Shown in pieces: positions 9,329-19,789 of a DNA stretch of 64,000 bases. Numbering within the stretch: position 1 is the stretch's first letter; each line of letters starts with the position of its first letter. The translations under genes and the position numbers were made by a program. Source of the stretch: Alphaproteobacteria bacterium (GTDB lineage Bacteria > Pseudomonadota > Alphaproteobacteria > SHVV01); NCBI GenBank assembly GCA_965261735.1, contig OZ253470.1, positions 416,001-480,000 of the forward strand, given 5' to 3'. The notes beneath the pieces were generated by a model. It was not told the origin of the DNA. It was given only the letters and a program-made list of their open reading frames with translations, and did not search any database.

Positions 9329-9645
9329 CCGCCTTTGATGACCGCAAAACAGCCGCCGAAGCCAAGTTCACGCATGATCAGGAGTTCCAGTTCAAGACCA
9401 TCGCGCGGCGCAACAAGCTGCTCGGCCTGTGGGCAGCGGAGCAAATGGGCATTTCTGGCGCGGATGCCGAAGCCTACGCCAAGCAGGTCGTGATCGCCGA
9501 TTTTGAAGAGCCGGGCGATGCCGATGTGTTGCGGAAGGTGCTCGGCGACCTGACTGACAAAGGGATCGCGACGGACGAGCACAAGGTGCGTCACGAGATG
9601 ACCCGCCTGCTCGAGGAAGCCAAAACGCAGGTTTCGATCGAATAG
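9325..9645 (+). CDS. DUF1476 protein, zeta-subunit F1Fo-ATPase inhibitor family
   Basis: MTAFDDR...EAKF.HD.E..FK..ARRNKLLGLWAA...DFEEPGD. Confidence 0.9.
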   Translation: MTAFDDRKTAAEAKFTHDQEFQFKTIARRNKLLGLWAAEQMGISGADAEAYAKQVVIADFEEPGDADVLRKVLGDLTDKGIATDEHKVRHEMTRLLEEAKTQVSIE

Positions 9646-9786
9646 AACGCGATCATTATCAACAGGCTGGCACCGCGGGATCCCGGTCCGTCAGCAACGC
9701 AAAGCTATGCAACCCCCGCAGCATATATTGGCCCGCATGGCCCTCGTGCCCCTACTCGCCGTCCAGTCCAGCCGCGTACCACCGAC

Positions 9787-9857
9787 GAACCGCCGTGTAC
9801 GGACCCGTACGCACGGTGGTGTGGGAGGGGTGGAGCCCTGAGGCTCCCCCTATGCCG
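9787..9857 (+). ncRNA. Group II intron domain V/VI remnant
   Basis: GAACCGCCGTGTACGGACCCGTACGCACGGTGGTGTGGGAGG followed by a DVI hairpin GGAGCC-CTGA-GGCTCC; no RT gene. Confidence 0.85.
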
Positions 9858-9950
9858 TCCCCTCAGCACCTGCCCGACGGATGCGTGTTCCAAATTCGTT
9901 GCCCGGTAGCGGCCGGCTTCTGTAAAACTCTGGCAACCGAATTGAAGAAG
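9858..9950 (+). pseudogene. C-terminal scrap of an oligopeptide ABC ATPase
   Basis: LPDGCVFQIRCPVAAGFC matches the P.GC.F..RCP.A...C motif. Confidence 0.5.
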
Positions 9951-10058
9951 TCGCGTCAAAGCGTCTTGTCGCAATCTCTGCGCTGCTGTCCTCGTGGCGG
10001 GCGTCGATCGACGCTCTGCGCGGCTCTTGCTGAATTGCTCAGTACGGGAGAAGGCAAT

Positions 10059-11756
10059 ATGAGACTGACATCGTTGGCGATCATGATGGTCGCCGCCCTG
10101 CTCGTATCCGGCACTGCGGCGGCCGAGCGAGGAAGTGACGGTCATGTCAGCATCATCTACTGGCAGGCCCCGTCGATCCTCAATCCGTATTTGTCGGGCG
10201 GTACGAAAGATCACGAGGCCGCATCGATGGTCCTGGAACCGCTTGCCCGATTCGACGAGTCGGGAAACCTTACTCCCTGGTTGGCTGCGTCTGTGCCAAC
10301 GGTGGGAAATGGCGGTGTGTCTGCTGACTTGAAGACCATTACATGGACGCTGCGTGACGGCCTCCTGTGGTCGGACGGAAGCCCGGTGACGGTCGCCGAT
10401 GTTGTGTTTACCGCCGAGTACTGCCGCGATACCGCCGGCGGCTGTTCGCAACTGGCGAAGTTTGACGAGGTGACCGAGGTCAAAGCGGTCGACGATCTGA
10501 CCGTGGAGGTCACCTTCGGGGTCCCCAAGCCTTATCCCTACGGCCCCTTCGTCGGTGCCACATCGCCGATCCTGCAGAAGGCGCAATTCGCGGATTGCAC
10601 CGGCGCCCGGGCTCCGGAATGTGCCGAAGCCAATTTCATCCCAATCGGCACCGGCCCGTTTCGAGTGACGGAGTTCCGGTCGAACGACGTGATCTCCCTG
10701 GAAGCCAACCCCCACTATCGCGATCCGGCAAAGCCGGCCTTCGCGACCGTTGCGTTCAAAGGCGGGGGCGATGCCGCGGCGGCGGCGCGCGCCGTTCTCG
10801 AAACCGGCGAATTCGACTATGCCTGGAACCTGCAACTCGCTCCAGATGTACTGCAGAGTATGCAGGCTGCGGGAAAGGGGGTGGTGGTTTCAAGTTTCGG
10901 CACTCTGGTCGAGCGGCTCTTGGTTAACCTGACCGATCCGGCTCCAGAGCTCGGCAACGCACGCTCCACCCGCGCCCATCCGCACCCGTTTCTGTCCGAA
11001 CGCGCCGTTCGCAAGGCCCTGTCGATGGCTATCGACCGTGAGCTTCTCGTTGAGGTCGGCTACGGCCAAGCCGCACGCCCGACCTGCAATGTCGTTCCGG
11101 CGCCAGAGGTCTACGCGTCGGCCGCGAACGAGGATTGTCTGGTGCAGGACATCGAAGACGCAAAGCGTTTGCTCGACGAAGCCGGCTGGCGGCCGGGGCC
11201 GGACGGGATACGGCAGAAGGACGGCGTACGGCTTTCGATCCTGTACCAGACCTCGACCAACGCGGTTCGACAGGATTTCCAGGCTCTGATCAAGCAATGG
11301 TGGTCCGAGATCGGAGTTGAGGTGGAACTCCGCGATATCGACGCCTCAGTGTTTTTCGGCGGTGACCCGGGCAGACCGGATACATACGAGAAATTCTTCG
11401 CCGATATCGAAATGTATGCGAACAACTTCGAGGGCACAGACCCGGAACCGTATCTCGGCGGCTGGCGCTGCGGCAACGAACCCCGGCCGGCCTCGCAGTG
11501 GCGGGGTGCGAACGTGCCACGCTACTGCAGCGAGGAATACGATCGGCTGCTTGGGGAAATGGCGAAGACTGGCGATCTCGATGAAAGGGCTCGCCTCGCC
11601 AAGGCAATGAACGACCTGCTGGTTCAGGACCATGTGTTGATCCCGCTGGTTCACCGCGGTCGCGTGTCAGCCCATGCGCACTCGCTGGGCGGTGTCCTGC
11701 TGAATACCTGGGACAGCGAGATCTGGAACATCGCCGATTGGTATCGGCTTCGATGA
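10059..11756 (+). CDS. ABC transporter substrate-binding protein, family 5 (peptide)
   Basis: Signal peptide, WSDGSPVTVADVVFT, PIGTGPF, VRKALSMAIDR. Confidence 0.92.
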   Translation: MRLTSLAIMMVAALLVSGTAAAERGSDGHVSIIYWQAPSILNPYLSGGTKDHEAASMVLEPLARFDESGNLTPWLAASVPTVGNGGVSADLKTITWTLRDGLLWSDGSPVTVADVVFTAEYCRDTAGGCSQLAKFDEVTEVKAVDDLTVEVTFGVPKPYPYGPFVGATSPILQKAQFADCTGARAPECAEANFIPIGTGPFRVTEFRSNDVISLEANPHYRDPAKPAFATVAFKGGGDAAAAARAVLETGEFDYAWNLQLAPDVLQSMQAAGKGVVVSSFGTLVERLLVNLTDPAPELGNARSTRAHPHPFLSERAVRKALSMAIDRELLVEVGYGQAARPTCNVVPAPEVYASAANEDCLVQDIEDAKRLLDEAGWRPGPDGIRQKDGVRLSILYQTSTNAVRQDFQALIKQWWSEIGVEVELRDIDASVFFGGDPGRPDTYEKFFADIEMYANNFEGTDPEPYLGGWRCGNEPRPASQWRGANVPRYCSEEYDRLLGEMAKTGDLDERARLAKAMNDLLVQDHVLIPLVHRGRVSAHAHSLGGVLLNTWDSEIWNIADWYRLR

Positions 11757-11759
11757 CAC

Positions 11760-12065
11760 CGCGACGGAGAGAGGTCTCGAGGTTTGCGCGCTTGAACGGC
11801 GGCGGTATGTTTGTCTGCTGTCCGGCGCATGAGCGTTTCCGATCCTGGGTCAATATCATGCCCGGAAACATTAAGAGCGCGATCGCTGGCACCTGCCGTA
11901 AGCTCGATCCCGGTAACGCCGAGCGCTGCCTCGCCAGCTTCGCTTGACGTGACAACTATCGCTACCAACACCAGACCGTGTTCCCCGCTTCGTCCATAGC
12001 GGCGTCTGACCGCAATCCATGCTCTATCGTCTCCTTGTTGCCGGATGACTGTCATGGATAAGCAG
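11760..12065 (+). pseudogene. Decayed IS1595 transposase C-terminus and right IR
   Basis: GNIKSAIAGTCRKL homologous to 21197-22132; end CATGGATAAGCAG. Confidence 0.7.
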
Positions 12066-12120
12066 ATGGACGACTTACCGTTCGCTGAGATCAAACTCGA
12101 TTTGAGATCGATTCCTGTCG

Positions 12121-12205
12121 ATTGACATCATCCGCGAGCGTAGCGGGCTCAGGGATGTGCGGTTGCATGATCTTCGCCACTCTTAGGCGTCGTGAGCTTT
12201 GGCGG
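12121..12205 (+). pseudogene. Tyrosine integrase scrap
   Basis: RSGLRDVRLHDLRHS followed by a stop. Confidence 0.55.
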
Positions 12206-12345
12206 CTCAAGTTTCCGAACCAATTACCGATCCTGAGCGTGGCCCCGGCGGCCCATCAGGCTGGCCACGTCATCAACTCCGGCCTTGCACGGCAGGCCAA
12301 GCCTGCATTACTTGCCGACCAGCAATGCCCTCTGTAACGGTAGAT

Positions 12346-14725
12346 TGAGGTGGCCCCGGAAAATCGGACAGGTTTTTAAGGTGTATTCCGCCGACTGAGG
12401 AGGGATACGCGATGAGTAAGAGACGCAGGTTTTCCGGGGAGCTGAAGGCGAAGATCGCGCTTGAGGCGCTTCGTGGCGACCGGACGCTTCAGGAGATCGC
12501 CTCGCAGCACCAGGTTCATCCGAACCAAGTGAGCACATGGAAGCGGCAGGCGATCGATGGTCTTGGCGAAGTGTTTTCGAACGGGGGCGAGCGCCGCCGT
12601 CGGGACCATGAGAGCGAGATCCGTGATCTTCACGCGAAGATCGGCGAGTTGACGGTGGAGCGGGATTTTTTGTCTCGAGGGTCCGGTCGATGAGCCGGGC
12701 CGAGAGGCGAACGATGGTGATACGCGCTCACCCGGCGCTGAGCTTGAGCCGTCAATGCCGTTTGCTGTCGATCGGACGCTCCTCGCTCTATTACACGCCC
12801 AAGGGCGAGAGCCCGGAGACCCTGGCGCTGATGCGGCGCATTGATGAGTTGTTCCTGAAGTATCCGTTCTACGGCGCCCGTCAGATGGTCCGTCATCTAC
12901 GCCGCGAGGGCGTGCGCGTCGGTCGTCGCCGGGCCGGTCGTCTGATGCGCCTGATGGGGCTTCAGGCGATCTATCGGGCGCCGCGCACCAGCGATCCGCA
13001 TCCCGAGCACCGGGTCTACCCCTATCTGCTCAGAGGCTTGACGATCGAGCGGGCGAACCATGTCTGGTGCGCCGACATCACCTACATCCCGGTGCGGCGC
13101 GGCTTTCTTTACCTGGTGGCGATCATGGACTGGGCCAACCGGCATGTGCTGGCTTGGCGTCTGTCGAACACCCTGGATGCGGGCTTCTGCACAGACGCGC
13201 TCGACGAGGCGCTGGCCCGCCATGGCACGCCGGAGATCTTCAATACCGACCAGGGCAGCCAGTTCACCGGCTTCGCCTTCACCGGGCGCTTGCGGGAGAC
13301 CGGCATCCGGATCTCGATGGACGGCAGGGGCCGGTGCCTGGACAACATCTTCATTGAGCGGCTGTGGCGCTCGCTCAAATACGAGGCCGTCTATCTGCGC
13401 GAGCTCGCCGACGGCTTCGAGGCCCGGCGCGTCATCGGCGAGTGGATCGACTTCTACAACACCGAGAGGCCGCACTCGGCGCTCGGGGGGGAAACGCCGG
13501 CCGAGGCCTACCGCGGCGCCCCGCCTGTGGATATGATGGACAAGCCGCTACGCGCCTTGCCCACATCCCCACAGGCGCAACAACAACGGCAAGGAGATCG
13601 ATGCAAAGGGATTCTGGCGGCATGAACCTTGCCTATCCGGTTAACGCCCATGACCGCTACATGTAGGGTGCCGCCACTCTCCCGAGTAAAGCTCGGCATA
13701 GGTTGGAGCAGAGGTGTCGCCCGCGATGCCGAGCAATGAGCGGAAGGCGTTGAACGGGTAGAACCGCCTGTTGAAGCGGAAGGTGAACTCGTTGAGGTAG
13801 GCTTGTAGGTGCTGGTGGCTAACGCCGTGGTGGATACCGATCAGCCACGTCTTCAGGTTGGCGAAAACCAGATGGATGATCGGCAGGTATTGCTCGGCAA
13901 CCTCTGGATCACCACACTCGGCAACAGCGAAGTGCTCATAGCCGCGCTTACCGAGGCCAGCATAGCCGCTCCAATCGTCAGTAACGATCAGCGATCGCGG
14001 CGCGACGGTGCTCTCGACGAACCCACAGAGCGACTCGGCGCTACGGTCGAGCACGACGTCGATGGCACAGGAGACGGGAACCTTGTGGTGAACACCACGG
14101 CCTTCCCCACGCGTTCGCCCGCCAACCCAGGTTTCGTCCACCTCAACATGGTTCTTGGGCTGTCCACCGATCCTGTCTTGGTTGGGCCGCACCATGCCCG
14201 AGCGGAGCTTGTGGAGAATTTGAAAGGCCGTCTCGTAGCGCGAAAGACCAAGTTGCCGCTGAAACTGCACGGCGGACATGCCGGGCGTCTGACTGGCGAC
14301 CAGATAAGCGGCCCAGAACCAGACGTTCAGCGGAGTGTGGCTACGCTCCATCACTGTTCCCACCGTCAGCCCGGTGTTCTGGCGGCACTTGCGGCAGCGC
14401 AGGACGCCAGGGCGGTTTTCAAAGTGGAACGGCTCTCCCGCCGTGCCGCAGTGCGGGCAGGCAAAGCCGTCTCCCCAGCGGGCTTTCTCCAGGTAGGCGG
14501 CGCAGGCCGCATCATCGGGGAAAAGTCGCTGGAACTCGGGTAGCGAATGCGGGAATGGGAGATCGGCGCGGTCGAGAACATCCATGGCGCGCTCCCCTAT
14601 ATCCGGGTTGCGCCCATTCTAGCCCTAGTGGGTGTGGGTGTAACCCGGATAGGCAAGGCATGAACGACAACTGGAATACACCTTAATCAAGCCGCCAAGC
14701 TGTCCGACAAACCGAGGCCACCTCA
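12346..14725 (+). mobile_element. IS3 family element, copy 2 (inverted), interrupted near its right end by IS1595
   Basis: Same termini and identical OrfA (12412-12693) and OrfB (12690-13625) as copy 1. Confidence 0.95.
13628..14657 (-). mobile_element. IS1595-family element with a 75-nt in-frame deletion (CDS 13641-14585)
   Basis: IR CTTGCCTATCCGG, 8-bp DR GCATGAAC; CPHC..CRKC Zn ribbon, VEVDETWVGG. Confidence 0.93.
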
Positions 14726-14910
14726 GTTGCCGAACGCCCTGACCAAGCGGCTGGTCAACCACGCTCCACCCAACGATGTCACGGAAGGCTACGCCGCCGA
14801 CTGGACCATCGGGCAATTACGCGATCCCGCGCAGAGAATCGCCGACCGTATCGAGGCGTTAACGATGAACGACCACGTACCCGCGGCGGAGACGTCATAG
14901 CACTCCCGCC

Positions 14911-15526
14911 GGTGCTGTCACGGTAACTGGCTGGTGTCAGCTGCGGGTGGCGAGTAGCTTCCTGTTATGAACAAGATCAGCTACCGCCGACATCGGTTTC
15001 CTGCAGAGATAATCCAGCGCGCCGTCTGGCTGTGTTTTCGGTTTCCGCTCAGTTACCGCGATGTGGAGGATCTGCTCGCTGAACGTGGTGTCGATGTTTC
15101 TTACGAGACGATACGGCGCTGGGCTTTAAAGTTTGGGCAGGCCTATGCCCGAAAACTGAGACAATCACGCCCTCGACCAGACGACCGGTGGCACCTTGAT
15201 GAGGTGTTTTCCTCCATCAACGGAAAACGGATGTATCTATGGCGGGCGGTGGACAGCGAGGGTGAGGTGCTGGATATCTTGGTTCAGTCCCGGAGGAACA
15301 AGAAAGCAGCACTCAAGCTGATGCGCAAACTGCGGCGCAAAGGTTTCTCTCCACCCACGCCGCCATCTACAACACCTTCAATGTCCAACGTCATCTGATC
15401 ACTCGCAAGACAATGCGCCAATTCCGCGGTGACGCGATGAACACGTGGCGGACCGTGACCGCTGCTGCCTGAGCCGCTCAGTTCAGACGTTCAACTGCGA
15501 CCTGCCTTCGTTAAGTTGACAGCACC
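14911..15526 (+). mobile_element. IS6 family element, internally deleted (about 190 bp)
   Basis: IR GGTGCTGTCA/TGACAGCACC; near-identical to 30177-30982. Confidence 0.92.
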
Positions 15527-15540
15527 GAGGGAGACGCGCT

Positions 15541-16329
15541 CTACCCGGTCCGACCGTAGAATCCAAGCCGCTCAGCATCGCTGAATGCGACGTCTGCTGC
15601 CTCGTAGTACGAAAACACCGCGATGATGCGCGCATGGCCTCCTTCGACCGTCGTCACGCGATGCGCCGTATTCTTGCCCCTGAAGACATTGAGCGTGCCG
15701 GACGACAGCGACAGAGTCCGCACGTGTCGGTCTTCGCCTGCCAGGAGGCGCGCTACACCGTCGTAGTTCGGGTCCGTGTCGCTCCGAAGGCCGCTGCGGT
15801 ACTGGAATTTGCCGCCCGACACCGGCGCCTGCAAGAGCATGGTCGTGGTGAATTCCGCCCGGTCGAAATGCCAGTTGAGGCGCTCTCCGGCGCGATAACA
15901 CATGACGTTGATCCGGCCCAGGGGATCCGCCATCGGGTATAGCCGAGGCTTGTCCATAGCCGCGGCCAGGAAGTCGATGAGCGGCTGCCATTCGTAAATC
16001 CGCGCGATCAGACTTCCGGGAACCTGGTCGCCGCAAATCGTGCGGTTGATCGTCGTGAACCGGCTGAACGCCGGGTGGCCCGCCTCCAGACCCCCGATCT
16101 CGTCATCGAAGTAGATGTTGTGTTCGCGCGCGTGGACAAAGGCGACGGAGTCGAAGAGCGGCTCCAACTCTGTGACGCAGGTACAAAGGGCCTCCGGCCG
16201 TATGAGCCCGGAGAGGCTGAACATGCCGGCATGGCGCAGCCCGTTCCGACAGCGGTCAACCAGGGCCTGTCTCCGCGCCTCGTCGAGAGTGCCCAGCGGC
16301 CAGCGATCGAGATCCAGAACCTGCCTCAT
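15541..16329 (-). CDS. Fe(II)/2-oxoglutarate oxygenase, BesD/HalD-like family
   Basis: HNIYF, LNWHFD, LQAP..GG.F, FRG..T.HRVT motifs. Confidence 0.75.
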   Translation of the reverse strand: MRQVLDLDRWPLGTLDEARRQALVDRCRNGLRHAGMFSLSGLIRPEALCTCVTELEPLFDSVAFVHAREHNIYFDDEIGGLEAGHPAFSRFTTINRTICGDQVPGSLIARIYEWQPLIDFLAAAMDKPRLYPMADPLGRINVMCYRAGERLNWHFDRAEFTTTMLLQAPVSGGKFQYRSGLRSDTDPNYDGVARLLAGEDRHVRTLSLSSGTLNVFRGKNTAHRVTTVEGGHARIIAVFSYYEAADVAFSDAERLGFYGRTG

Positions 16330-16353
16330 GCATCCTCGGGCGCCGATTGGGAG

Positions 16354-17802
16354 GATCGTGTCCCGCGGAGTGGTGTAAGAGCGTTGCGCTCTACGCGGCT
16401 CCCGGCGGGTAGGGCCGGGACGTTCAGGCTGCCACGGTGGGCAGCGTGATGGGGACACCATCGCTCAGCGGAGCGATGGATTCCAGCGTCATGTATCTCC
16501 TTGAGACGGCCCACTCGTCGTTCTGCTCGAGAAGGATGGCGCCGACGAGCCGTGTGATGGCGGCTTCGTTGGGAAAGATACCGACGACGTTGGTGCGACG
16601 CTTGACCTCGGCATGGAGCCGTTCGATCGGGTTTGTGGAGTGCAATTTCTGGCGGTGCTCCCTGGGGAAGCTCATGTAGGCGAGGACGTCGTGCTCGGCT
16701 TCGTCCATGAGAACTGCCAGCTTGGGCACCTTGGGCCTGAGCTGGTCGGCGACCTGGCGCCACTGGACCTTCGCGCTGTCGGCGTCCTCCTGGGCGAAGG
16801 CGGTGGCGACGAAGGCGGAGACGACGCGCCGGCCCTGGCGGCCGGCATGGGCCAGCAGGTTGCGGGCGAAGTGCACGCGGCAGCGCTGCCATGTGGCGCC
16901 GAGGATCCGGGTCGCGGCGGCCTTCAGGCCCTTGTGGTCGTCGGAGATCACCAGCTTCACGCCGCGCAGCCCGCGCCGGGCCAGCGAGCGCAGGAACTCG
17001 GGCCTGAAGGTCTCGGCCTCCGACGCGCCGATCGCCACGCCCAGGACCTCGCGGCGGCCTTGGTCGTTGACGGCCACAGCCACGGTCACCGCGACCGAGA
17101 CGATGCGTCCGGTCTGGCGCACCTTCACGTAGGTGGCGTCGAGCCACAGATAGGGCCAGTCGCCCTCCAGCGGTCGATCGAGGAAGCCGGTGACCTTATC
17201 GTCGATCTCGCCGCACAGCCTGGAGACCTGGCTCTTGGAGGCGCCCGACATCCCCATCGCCTGAACCAGATCGTCGACCGAGCGGGTCGACACCCCCTGG
17301 ATGTAGGCCTCCTGGATCACCGCAGCCAGCGCCTTCTCGGCCATCCGCCGCGGCTCCAGGAAGCCCGGGAAGTAGCTTCCCTTCCTCAGCTTCGGGATCT
17401 TCAGCTCGACCGTGCCGGCCCGCGTCTCCCAGGACCGGTCGCGGTAGCCGTTGCGATGGGTGATACGATCCGCCGAGCGCTCGCCGTGCCCGGCGCCGGT
17501 CAGGCCCTCAACCTCCAGTGCCATCAGCCGCTCGGCCGTGAAGCCGATCATCTCGCAAAGCAGATCGGCATCGGAGCTCTTCTCCAAAAGCGCGCGCAGG
17601 GTCATCATGTCCTGGGTCATCGTGGTTCTCCTTCGGGTCAGGTTGGTTTGCACTAGCCCAACCCTAAACCGGAACCGCGATGGCCTCCGCTGTGGATAGC
17701 CGGCTTGCCTACGCCAGACTCTCGGCGGTCGCTACGGCAAGCCGCCTACCCACAGCTAACAGAGGCTCCAACAACTCCTACACCACGTCCTGGGACACGA
17801 CC
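16354..17802 (-). mobile_element. IS256 family element (transposase 16424-17620)
   Basis: 8-bp DR ATTGGGAG; [39 protein letters not shown]. Confidence 0.95.
17689..17756 (+). repeat. 68-bp hairpin shared with the IS21 3' region (38465-38532, reverse complement)
   Basis: 56/68 identity with compensatory pairs; starts GCTGTGGATA. Confidence 0.8.
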
Positions 17803-18515
17803 ATTGGGAGTGGCATATTGTCGGGCGCCGGCTGACTGCCAGGATGAGGGTGCAGGCGAAACGGCTGCAGCGCAACGATGTCCTGAGCATAAGGTACAAG
17901 GTGGAATCCTCCGGGAAGCAGCAGCGCGATCTTCTGATCAACGGCGCAGGTGCTGACGGAATGAAGCCGGTGTACTGCATATATTGTACTTAAGCGCAGC
18001 GGCGGGTGTGGAAGCAAGGAGTGGCGACAGCTCTGTTTGGAACGCTTCAGGCCGGCTGCCTGCTGGCCGATGCCCGGGATGTGCCGTTGACCACGAAGAG
18101 GCTGCACGAGATCGAGGAGCAGTGCTTTCCCTGGCACTTTCTCTTCAGTCGATCCGTGTTCGTGCCGCAGAAGACGATACTTGTCGCCGAGGAAGAGGCG
18201 GAGTTGGTCAGCCTGGTGGAAGAACTTGATGAGACAGAGCCGAGTCTGAGGCCGACGGCGGGCCAGGGCGATGGCGCGATGGCGGGTGGAATGCGCCCAC
18301 GATCGACGACCTCAGCCGGGATACGGGACGAGAATTCGACCGGGCCGGGGTCCGCGAGACCACGGATGAAGACCGGGCGAGAGTTGAGCCTCTGACGGCG
18401 GCAGGACGTCTGATGGCGCAGGACGACCGGGGGCGGCTGGTCGACCGGGGGATTCACCGCAAGGCAAATGCTCGGCCTACAAAAATCACTTGTATCTGGT
18501 GGTAATCCGACTTCA

Positions 18516-18661
18516 TCAACTCGTCGGTATCATTCGGATAACTTTTCTTACTTGTAAACCTCTACCCCTTAAATCGCTTTTGATTTCTACTTCCATCTCG
18601 TCACCTTCCAGAATGCTGGTTCTCACATCGCCATCCAACACAGAAAAATGAAAAACGCATC
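18516..18661 (-). pseudogene. Cold-shock-domain C-terminal fragment (AT-rich)
   Basis: DAFFHFSVL...GDEMEVEIK...GRGLQVRKV*. Confidence 0.5.
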
Positions 18662-19187
18662 AGTACTATCCGACGTCGCTTCTGGCGATCCGAGCTGATG
18701 CCAGCGCGCCGTTGTCAGACTAACCGGGTCGGCCTATAGAACCTACGATCAAGGGCTCTCAGGCTGCGAGTTGACGCCAGATCACCGACATCCTGAAAGA
18801 TGGGAACGCCGCCGACCGCGTCGCCGAGGAAAGCTGCGCTGCGTTTGTGAGGAGACGGTAGTTCGGGACCGCGCCAGCGATCCTGCCATCACAGTTCATG
18901 TCGACCACGACGGAGGCGTCTTCGACCGCGAACGCGGCATCCACCGGAACTTAGTTCGGTAAAAGTGGCTGCGTGCCCCCGCAACCAAGGTGACCCGTTG
19001 CTTTGAATGCGTTTGACAGACTCTCCTCATTCGAGTCGTCACACCATCGCTGAGCGGTTTTTTGTTAAGGTCCCAAATGACGCCAGCCAGGGACAGTAGT
19101 TTGAACGTAAGCGTTTACGGAACGATGACGACCGCGTCAGGCTTCCGTGTTTGGCTATCCGGGTATGTACATGGAAGCATTGTCAAA

Positions 19188-19655
19188 CTAACTCGGCCAA
19201 ATCTTTTGGGCAATTGACTTGAACTGAGAAACACCCATCGATCCACGCTCGTTTCTCGATTTCGAGCCGGGCGCTATCAGTCGTTCAACGACCGGTCCGC
19301 GATCTGCTTCCCAAATTTCGAGTACTTCGTAGTCGCGGTGCATGAGAACGAGGACGACGCTGTCGAACTCTTTGCTGATATCAATCTTAGACACGCGCCC
19401 CCATTTTGCACCGTCGCGCTTCCACCGTCCCTTGATCTGAATTTTGCTTTTTTGTTTGCCTCTCCGCCGAAGGGCGTCATAGCCGGGGCTGCGGGCATCG
19501 GCAAGTTCGAGGCCGAGTTTCTCAGACGCCTCGAATTCTGCGATCTCTCCCGTCACACCCAAAGGCTTTCGGGTCTTCTCGTAGTACTCAACAGCCAGAG
19601 CCTTTACGTCTCGCAGAATATCTTTTTCGGTTCTCTTAATGATTGGTCCCTCCAT
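19188..19655 (-). CDS. DUF6998-like PD-(D/E)XK nuclease-fold protein
   Basis: GVTGEIAE, PGYDA, IQIKGR motifs. Confidence 0.6.
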   Translation of the reverse strand: MEGPIIKRTEKDILRDVKALAVEYYEKTRKPLGVTGEIAEFEASEKLGLELADARSPGYDALRRRGKQKSKIQIKGRWKRDGAKWGRVSKIDISKEFDSVVLVLMHRDYEVLEIWEADRGPVVERLIAPGSKSRNERGSMGVSQFKSIAQKIWPS

Positions 19656-19789
19656 GACCGGCCAAAAGAATGATGCTGCAAGTTGCGTGGTGCAATAGGT
19701 AGCTCACCTATAGGCCATGGGTCTTTGGGAATGTGCCTCCTCGTTCATCAACACATCGACCCGATCGGCGATGTGTTGTTCTGGGGCGC

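Noticed and set aside
6600-14725. Inverted identical IS3 copies as a composite transposon
   Set aside because: Copy 1 has its own GTG duplication and splits one gene cleanly; the outer flanks share no DR
17984-18460. Possible gene fragments
   Set aside because: Coding-like, but no family motif could be recognised
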